From contig JBDRAV010000002.1 in assembly GCA_043823435.1 (NCBI GenBank), positions 1-59,754 on the forward strand: a DNA stretch of 59,754 nucleotides. Direction: 5' to 3'. Each line of letters begins with the position of its first letter. Position 1 is the stretch's first letter. A model generated the notes under the pieces. The model saw only the letters and a list, made by a program, of their open reading frames with translations, was not told the origin of the DNA and made no database searches. Position numbers and translations under genes: made by a program. The DNA comes from Candidatus Omnitrophota bacterium (GTDB lineage Bacteria > Omnitrophota > Gorgyraeia > Gygaellales > Profunditerraquicolaceae). Of the stretch, positions 53,701 through 59,754 are shown piece by piece.

Positions 53701-55542
53701 ATGGCTTATCCTTCCTATCGGATTGACAAAAAAGACATTTATGCTGTTTTTAGCATTCTGGCCTTTGCCTTGCTGGTAAGGGCGGCGTATTTTATCGATT
53801 ACATTAATGTCGGGATATACCCTTTATTGCCTTATTCCGACGGTTATTCTTATTTTCTGTGGGCAAAGGATATCGCAAGCGGAGAGATCCTGGGGAGAAC
53901 GGCATTCATGAAGTGGCCGTTATACGCTTATTTCCTTGGCCTTTTATTTAAGGTAACCGGCAATAGCGTAACCCTGGTATATACATTGCAGTTAGCGTTG
54001 GGAGCGGTTAATTGCGTACTGGTATATTTTATCGCCAGGATAATATTCAACCGCAAAACAGCGCTTTTGGCCGGGCTATCCTGCGCCTGGTATGCGGTGT
54101 TTATTTTTTATGACAGCCTGCTTATATATAGCAGCCTTTCTTTGTTCCTGAACTCTTTATTATTCCTTTTTATATTACGTCTACGCGATAATCCCGCAAA
54201 GAAGAGTTTTTTTCTGTTGGGTATTTTATTAGGAATATGTACGATAACGCAGGCCAGCATATTCCTATTTGGTGCCATGGCTATGATCTTTTTGTTGTGG
54301 CAGAAGAGGGGAAGGGGCAGGGGGGTGGTTCATTGCTTAATCTGCTCCCTCGCCGGACTTTTTATTACCATAGCCCCGGTAACTTTAATGAATTATCTGG
54401 CCGAAAAGGATCCCGTACTGATATCGGGCAATATAGGTATAAATTTTTATTTAGGTAATAATCCCGAGGCGGGCGGTCTATTCAATACACCTTTATTCCT
54501 TACCCCGAACCAGAATGATATGTTCAGGGATTCGAGGGTTATTGCGCAAGCGCGTTCCGGAAGGCGCCTGAAGACATCCGGGGTATCTGCTTTTTGGCTC
54601 GAGAAGGCCGTAAATTTCATTAAACAGTATCCACGCGCTTATCTGGCGTTACTGATTAAGAAGACAGGTTATCTATTTAGCCCCGATGAATTTATACATG
54701 ATCCTGAATACGAGATGGTTTCGGATAAAATAAGGGTTTTTAAATTCCTGTTCACAAACTTAAAGTTTATACTGCCTTTTTCTATATTAGGGATGTTTCT
54801 GGGGATCAGGAGGTTACGGGAGACCGCCCTGCTCTATCTGGTTTTAGCGGCTTTGGCTTTTAGCGTGATCCCGTTTTTTGTTACTACCAGGTACCGTATC
54901 AGTATGGTACCTTTCTTGATCATCTTCGCTTCTTACGGGATCCTCGGTCTATGGGAGGCCTTAAAAGAGAGGAAGCGCCTTCGATTCTTCTCTTTATGTG
55001 CAGCAGCATTATTTTTATTCACACTATTTAATTACCGGTTATTGCATAAAAATAAATCCGGTTATCTGCAGGAGAGTTACCTGGATTTTCATTCTCATTT
55101 AAGCAGGGCGATGTACTATAACGATAAACCGGATTATCAGAAGGCAATGCAGGAGATCGAGGCGGCTTACAGGCTCCGTCCGGATAGCCACTATTGCCTC
55201 ATCTCTTACGGTGTAATATATTATAATATGCATAACTTTAATATGGCAGAAGATAAATTCAGGGAAGCGATAAGGGTTTTTCCACTGTCCGTGGACGCAT
55301 ACTATAATCTTGGCCTTTTATACAATCAGCAGAAACGCTTTGAGGAGGCTATAGCGGTATTAAATGAGGCGCTCTCCATGGACCCCGAGGATGTGGGGGC
55401 GCACTTTGAATTGGGCAGGGCATATAAAGGAAGGGGCAGATACGGGGAGGCCGAAGTCGAATTCAGGGCGTCCTTAGATAGGATTAACCGCTGGCGTACC
55501 GAAGAGAGGGCGCTTATAGCAAAAGAATTATCCGGTTTGTAG
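53701..55542 (+). CDS. GT-C fold (family 39/ArnT-like) glycosyltransferase with C-terminal TPRs
   Basis: SDGYSYFLWA, PLYAYFLG, NFYLGNNP, RYRISMVP; TPRs YYNLG and AHFELG. Confidence 0.8.
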   Translation: MAYPSYRIDKKDIYAVFSILAFALLVRAAYFIDYINVGIYPLLPYSDGYSYFLWAKDIASGEILGRTAFMKWPLYAYFLGLLFKVTGNSVTLVYTLQLALGAVNCVLVYFIARIIFNRKTALLAGLSCAWYAVFIFYDSLLIYSSLSLFLNSLLFLFILRLRDNPAKKSFFLLGILLGICTITQASIFLFGAMAMIFLLWQKRGRGRGVVHCLICSLAGLFITIAPVTLMNYLAEKDPVLISGNIGINFYLGNNPEAGGLFNTPLFLTPNQNDMFRDSRVIAQARSGRRLKTSGVSAFWLEKAVNFIKQYPRAYLALLIKKTGYLFSPDEFIHDPEYEMVSDKIRVFKFLFTNLKFILPFSILGMFLGIRRLRETALLYLVLAALAFSVIPFFVTTRYRISMVPFLIIFASYGILGLWEALKERKRLRFFSLCAAALFLFTLFNYRLLHKNKSGYLQESYLDFHSHLSRAMYYNDKPDYQKAMQEIEAAYRLRPDSHYCLISYGVIYYNMHNFNMAEDKFREAIRVFPLSVDAYYNLGLLYNQQKRFEEAIAVLNEALSMDPEDVGAHFELGRAYKGRGRYGEAEVEFRASLDRINRWRTEERALIAKELSGL

Positions 55543-55544
55543 AA

Positions 55545-56477
55545 TTGAAAAAAAATATTATATTTATTGTCGGCCCTACGGGGATAGGAAAATCCGGAAT
55601 AGCGGTTCATCTCGCCAGGAAGGCCCGTGGCGAGATTATCTCCTGCGATTCCATGCAGGTTTATAAAGGGATGGATATTATGACCTCCAAGACGCCGCTC
55701 GCGCTAAGGGATGGGATTCCCCACCATTTGCTTGGCATAATTTCTCCCGTCAAAGAATATAGCGTCCAGAGCTATTATAAAGATACGGCCCGTCTGGTTA
55801 AAGAGATTTTAAAGCGGGGAAGAGTCCCTATCGTAACCGGCGGAACGGGACTATACATGTCCGTATTGATTGAAGGTATATTTAAAATCAATTCCGAAAG
55901 CAAACTTAAGGCTAAGAAGATAAAAGAAAAGCTTATTCAGAGAGCAGAAAAGGAAGGCAGCAAAGTTATGCATCAGTATTTGGCAAGGATTGACCCGGAG
56001 GCCGCGGCTAAAATCCACCCCAACGATACCAGGCGTATCGTCAGGGCTATAGAGGTCTTTGAGGCCACTGGTAAGCCGATCTCTAGGCTTCAAAAAGAGA
56101 GGAAAGGGTTAGGAGGGGTTTATGCCATAAGGGTCTTTGGCCTGAATATGCCGCGCGAAAGGCTCTATAAAAGGATTGATGAGCGGGTAGAGGAGATGTT
56201 CAACCTGGGGTTACTTTCTGAAATAAAGAAATTGCTTAAGTTAAAATTAAGCAGGACCGCAGGGTATGCCCTGGGCATCAGGGAGGTAAAAGGGTTTCTG
56301 GATGGTTTGTATGATTTGGAAGAGGCAAAGCGTCTACTCAAAAAGAATACCCGTAATTACGCCAAGCGGCAGATGACCTGGTTCCGGAAGGATAGGCGGA
56401 TCAATTGGATAGATATCGGCGATAAGGTTAAGCCGGAAACTATAGCGAACAGGATATTAAAAAAATTATCGCCGTAG
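55545..56477 (+). CDS. miaA: tRNA dimethylallyltransferase
   Basis: GPTGIGKS, DSMQVY, GGTGLY, IHPND, TRNYAKRQMTW; TTG start. Confidence 0.95.
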   Translation: MKKNIIFIVGPTGIGKSGIAVHLARKARGEIISCDSMQVYKGMDIMTSKTPLALRDGIPHHLLGIISPVKEYSVQSYYKDTARLVKEILKRGRVPIVTGGTGLYMSVLIEGIFKINSESKLKAKKIKEKLIQRAEKEGSKVMHQYLARIDPEAAAKIHPNDTRRIVRAIEVFEATGKPISRLQKERKGLGGVYAIRVFGLNMPRERLYKRIDERVEEMFNLGLLSEIKKLLKLKLSRTAGYALGIREVKGFLDGLYDLEEAKRLLKKNTRNYAKRQMTWFRKDRRINWIDIGDKVKPETIANRILKKLSP

Positions 56478-56500
56478 CGCGATAAATAATCGTTCTTTGA

Positions 56501-56662
56501 GCTGTCTGGTTTGTGTAGTTTCTCGCATCACCGCTCGAAATTCCCCAGCGAGGAATTTCTAGCTTCGAGAAACTTCTCGCTCTCGCAGGCTTCGTATTAC
56601 GAAGCGAACCCTGCCCGCTCGAACTTTCTAGATGCTGCTCGAAACCGCCCAAGCCAGCCCGC
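56501..56662. other. Highly structured non-coding element between miaA and hflX
   Basis: Outer arms CTGGTTTG/CAAGCCAG and GTTTC-TC-GCA/TGC-TC-GAAAC; inner hairpins GAAATTCC/GGAATTTC and GCTTCG/CGAAGC; CCGCTCGAA repeated twice. Confidence 0.65.
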
Positions 56663-56702
56663 TAAAAACATTATCAGTTTAATTAAAAGAGATAATTTTA
56701 AT

Positions 56703-57962
56703 ATGGAAAGAGCGCTATTAGTTACAATAAAATTGAGGGGCGAGAAGGATGGCTGGCGGCTTGAAGATATGGCTGAGGAGCTTGAGGAGTTGACCCAAGC
56801 CAGCGCCGTAGAAGCCGCGGATAATATCACGTATATGTGCGATAAGCCCACGCCCAACTTCTTTATCGGAAAGGGCAAGGTAGAAGAGATAGCCCTGATA
56901 GCCGAAGAGGAGGGGATAGATACGGTTATATTCAGCCATGACCTCTCGGGTACGCAGCAGCGTAACCTTGAAGAGCTGATCGGCAGGAAGACTATTGACC
57001 GCACTCAGCTGATTTTAGATATATTCGCCCGGCACGCCAGGAGTCCGGAAGGGAAGACCCAGGTAGAATTGGCGCAATTACAATATATTATGCCAAGGTT
57101 AGTAGGTAAAGGAATAATACTTTCGCGGTTGGGCGGCGGTATCGGTACAAGGGGGCCAGGAGAGCAGAAGCTAGAGGTTGATCGTAGGCGCATAACTAAA
57201 CGCATTGACAGGTTAAAGGATGACTTAGAGCACCTTAAGACGCACCGCCTGACCATAAGAAAGAAGAGGATGGATAATTCAATACCCCAGGTGGCATTGA
57301 TAGGCTATACCAACGCCGGTAAATCCACGCTCATAAATGCCCTTACCGATTCCGGGCAGACCGTATCCGACAGCCTATTTACTACTTTAGACCCTTTACA
57401 TAAAAGTTTTACTCTTCCTAACGGAGTGCATATTGTTATTTCTGATACCGTGGGATTCCTGCACAACCTGCCCCATCATCTTATCGAGGCCTTTAAGGCT
57501 ACGCTGGAAGAAGCCGTAGAATCGGACCTGTTGATTCACGTTCTGGACGTAGCTCATCCGCGCGTATATGAACATAGCCGGGCCGTGTTCAGCGTACTGG
57601 AAGAATTAAAGGTTGATACAAAGTCCATGATTACCGCTCTAAATAAAATAGATTTATTAAATGATAAGGGGCGGCTGGAGAGGTTGAAAAAAGATTTCCC
57701 CGGTTCCATAGCTATCTCTGCGAAATCAAGAGAGAACTTCAATTCTCTGCTGGGAAAGATAGAAGAGAATTTTGCAGGCAGGATGGAGCGCCTTGAGATC
57801 ATGGTTCCCCACTCACGCATGGACCTGATAGATTTATGTTATCGTAAAGGTAGGATAGAAGAGATAGAGTACCTTCAAAGAGGCATAAGAATTAGGCTCA
57901 TCATACCCATGATACTATCTCATAAATTAATGCATAATAACGAGATAGAGCGAATCAGTTAG
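56703..57962 (+). CDS. hflX: Ribosome-splitting GTPase HflX
   Basis: FIGKGKVEE, IDRTQLILDIF, GPGEQKLEVDRR, GYTNAGKST, DTVGF, NKID; start at ATG 56703. Confidence 0.95.
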   Translation: MERALLVTIKLRGEKDGWRLEDMAEELEELTQASAVEAADNITYMCDKPTPNFFIGKGKVEEIALIAEEEGIDTVIFSHDLSGTQQRNLEELIGRKTIDRTQLILDIFARHARSPEGKTQVELAQLQYIMPRLVGKGIILSRLGGGIGTRGPGEQKLEVDRRRITKRIDRLKDDLEHLKTHRLTIRKKRMDNSIPQVALIGYTNAGKSTLINALTDSGQTVSDSLFTTLDPLHKSFTLPNGVHIVISDTVGFLHNLPHHLIEAFKATLEEAVESDLLIHVLDVAHPRVYEHSRAVFSVLEELKVDTKSMITALNKIDLLNDKGRLERLKKDFPGSIAISAKSRENFNSLLGKIEENFAGRMERLEIMVPHSRMDLIDLCYRKGRIEEIEYLQRGIRIRLIIPMILSHKLMHNNEIERIS

Positions 57963-57990
57963 AATATCTAATTAATATTATAAATTTATC

Positions 57991-58019
57991 TTGACAAATA
58001 TGTTATCTTATGTTATATT
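57991..58019 (+). promoter_or_regulatory. sigma70 promoter of the heat-shock locus
   Basis: TTGACA-17nt-TATATT. Confidence 0.7.
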
Positions 58020-58048
58020 CAATTATGACAGGAAACAAGGAGAAGGGT

Positions 58049-58306
58049 ATGGGGTTATTTGATATTTATATTAGTCCTGATGAACCGGTTTATGTAATCA
58101 GTGTAGTAAGCAAGCTTGTGGATCTACCTGTTTGGACCCTGCGACAATTGGATAAGTCCAAGATAGTTTGCCCTAAGAGGATCGGCAAGAAGAGCAGGCT
58201 TTACTCCTTAAAGGATATAAAGCGATTAGAGTATGTGCATTATTTAATGGAAGATAAGCGCGTGAACATACACGGTATAAAAATAATATTAGAAAAAGAA
58301 GAATAA
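58049..58306 (+). CDS. MerR-family (HspR-like) regulator
   Basis: EPVYVISVVSKLV.LP.WTLR.LD, RLYSLKDI, VNIHGIKII; immediately upstream of hrcA-grpE. Confidence 0.8.
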   Translation: MGLFDIYISPDEPVYVISVVSKLVDLPVWTLRQLDKSKIVCPKRIGKKSRLYSLKDIKRLEYVHYLMEDKRVNIHGIKIILEKEE

Positions 58307-58327
58307 TAATATTTTTTTACCTTAATA

Positions 58328-58354
58328 TTAGCACTCATATAATATGAGTGCTAA
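58328..58354 (+). promoter_or_regulatory. CIRCE operator (perfect)
   Basis: TTAGCACTC-ATATAATAT-GAGTGCTAA. Confidence 0.95.
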
Positions 58355-58370
58355 TAGGGTGCAGGTACAA

Positions 58371-58401
58371 TCTTACTTTTGCACCTGGTGCAAAAGTAAG
58401 A
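58371..58401. repeat. Perfect 14-bp inverted repeat with a CTG loop
   Basis: TCTTACTTTTGCAC-CTG-GTGCAAAAGTAAGA. Confidence 0.85.
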
Positions 58402-58456
58402 CTCTCCCGCGATAGGATAAGGGAAGATTGGTAGATCTGCGGGAACATGAGAATGC

Positions 58457-58517
58457 TTGACTATACTGTAAATTATGTTAAAATTAACATTTAGCATTCT
58501 TACGGAAAGAGTGCTAA
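58457..58517 (+). promoter_or_regulatory. sigma70 promoter plus second CIRCE operator (one mismatch)
   Basis: TTGACT-16nt-TAAAAT (TG-extended); TTAGCATTC-N9-GAGTGCTAA at 58491-58517. Confidence 0.88.
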
Positions 58518-58587
58518 ATAACGCAGGTATATAGTTTGTATCGGCTCCTGCCTTGAAAAGTTACGCCTTCATTAAAGGGGAAGAATT

Positions 58588-59328
58588 ATGGTAAGGACTG
58601 TTGATTATGAAACAAGGAGAAAGGCGATCCTTGCTGCTACGATAAATAAATACATTCATAACGCACAGCCTGTATCATCAGAAGATATTGCCAGGGATTT
58701 TGACTTAAGCCCGGCTACCGTAAGGAACATATTCTCCGAACTGGAAGAGACCAATTACCTTACGCATCCTTACACCTCGGGAGGAAGGGTCCCCACGGAC
58801 AAAGGGTACCGCTATTATGTAGATTTCCTGCTTTCTCAGATGGAGCTGATGGAAGAGGAGAAGAAGAGGATCACCGCGGAGTATAAGAAGAAGATCAATC
58901 AGTTAGAGGATATCCTGGATAAGACATCCAGGATCATATCCGCGATTACGCATTATACGGGCATAACCTATTCTCCTGCCTGGCAGGACAGGTTCTCTTA
59001 TAACGGCATAAGCCTGATCTTAAATCAGCCGGAATTCAGGGATCATCAGAGGGTTCTACTTCTTGTCAAGGCCATTGAAGATAAACAACATTTGCTCAAT
59101 ATCATCAACCGCGAATTCAACGGCAGGGTAAGGGTATATATCGGAGAGGAATTAGGGTACCCTGAGATGGAAAGTTGCTCTCTGGTAGTCTCCACTTACC
59201 GCTTGAAAGATAAGTCTTCGGGAAGGGTGGCAGTTTTAGGGCCGATGCGCATGGAATATACGCATACTATTCCCGCGCTAGAATATATATCCGATGCCTT
59301 AACCGAGGCGATGAACAGCATCATTTAA
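58588..59328 (+). CDS. hrcA: Heat-inducible transcription repressor HrcA (short, 246 aa)
   Basis: YI..AQPVSS, SPATVRN, HPYTSGGRVPTDKGYRYYVD, VYIGEE, VLGPMRMEY. Confidence 0.93.
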   Translation: MVRTVDYETRRKAILAATINKYIHNAQPVSSEDIARDFDLSPATVRNIFSELEETNYLTHPYTSGGRVPTDKGYRYYVDFLLSQMELMEEEKKRITAEYKKKINQLEDILDKTSRIISAITHYTGITYSPAWQDRFSYNGISLILNQPEFRDHQRVLLLVKAIEDKQHLLNIINREFNGRVRVYIGEELGYPEMESCSLVVSTYRLKDKSSGRVAVLGPMRMEYTHTIPALEYISDALTEAMNSII

Positions 59329-59337
59329 GGATAAAAT

Positions 59338-59754
59338 ATGCATAATAAGAAAGATAGCCGCGAGGAAGATAAAAAAGAATCCCAGGCCGAAGAAAAAGAA
59401 GAAAAGGCAGTTTCTTTAAAGGAATCCGAATACCTGAAATTGAAGGAAGAGGCGGCTAAGGCAGGTGAGTGCTGGGACAGGATGCTCAGGCTTCAGGCGG
59501 ATTTTGATAATACCCGTAAGCGCCTGGAAAAGGAAAAACAGGATTTTGTAAAGTTTGCCAATGAAGGCATTATATTTGAATTATTGAATGTGCTGGACGA
59601 TTTGGAGCGCACCGTGGAATTAGCGCAATCAAAACACCAGGATTTATCTGCGTTTTTAAAAGGCGTAGAAATGATCCTGGCGCATCTGTATGAAATGTTA
59701 AAAGTTTACGGGGTTAAACCTATTGAGGCGCAGGGCAAAATATTCGATCCCAAT
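59338..59754 (+). CDS. grpE: Nucleotide exchange factor GrpE (runs off the window)
   Basis: LRLQADFDNTRKR, ELLNVLDDLER, GVEMI, GKIFDPN. Confidence 0.95.
   Translation, partial: MHNKKDSREEDKKESQAEEKEEKAVSLKESEYLKLKEEAAKAGECWDRMLRLQADFDNTRKRLEKEKQDFVKFANEGIIFELLNVLDDLERTVELAQSKHQDLSAFLKGVEMILAHLYEMLKVYGVKPIEAQGKIFDPN

Noticed and set aside
56511-56702. 64-aa N-terminal extension of HflX in the ORF track
   Set aside because: It runs through the structured repeat-like element; HflX similarity starts at ATG 56703
56478-56702. hfq gene between miaA and hflX
   Set aside because: No frame encodes Hfq motifs such as QD.FL or YKHAI
319-57820. The many short antisense or alternative-frame ORFs in the track
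   Set aside because: They lie inside well-supported genes and show no motifs; treated as shadow ORFs
57960-58590. HAIR operator for the HspR-like protein
   Set aside because: No CTTGAGT-N7-ACTCAAG match seen; the CTTGAC occurrences are -35 boxes

Overview
A 59.7-kb stretch of a bacterial chromosome, mostly coded on the + strand. Gene content and repeat style suggest an anaerobic diderm, possibly Candidatus Omnitrophota (inference only). No rRNA, tRNA, CRISPR array or prophage was seen. Housekeeping genes: hflKC, ispH with a polyprenyl synthase, rubrerythrin and desulforedoxin, two CPA2 antiporters, two cold-shock genes, a membrane pyrophosphatase with a Na+,H+-PPase signature, trxA-pta-ackA-panD-def-lipA-trxB-pckG-purC, an AglB/STT3 oligosaccharyltransferase, miaB/miaA/hflX and hspR-like-hrcA-grpE with two CIRCE operators. 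The best candidate for a new system lies at 19.9-34.2 kb. It comprises an ECF sigma factor, a soluble zinc-finger anti-sigma factor and a membrane-spanning CHAT (caspase-like) protease with an outward-facing TPR domain. One bipartite motif, GTTAGAwwy-N12-CGTCTATTA, precedes the anti-sigma/CHAT operon, a beta-propeller/TolC-like gene and a divergent REP-associated tyrosine transposase (RAYT) flanked by its REP-like palindromes. Next comes a MoxR-DUF58 operon in which the usual transglutaminase is replaced by a helical stalk and six Big_2-like Ig domains. The window also holds several families of structured repeats (one showing internal covariation), repeat-derived in-frame insertions in miaB and an MBL-fold gene, several gene remnants and small ORFs missed by the ORF track. 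All family calls come from motif recognition by eye, not from database searches.
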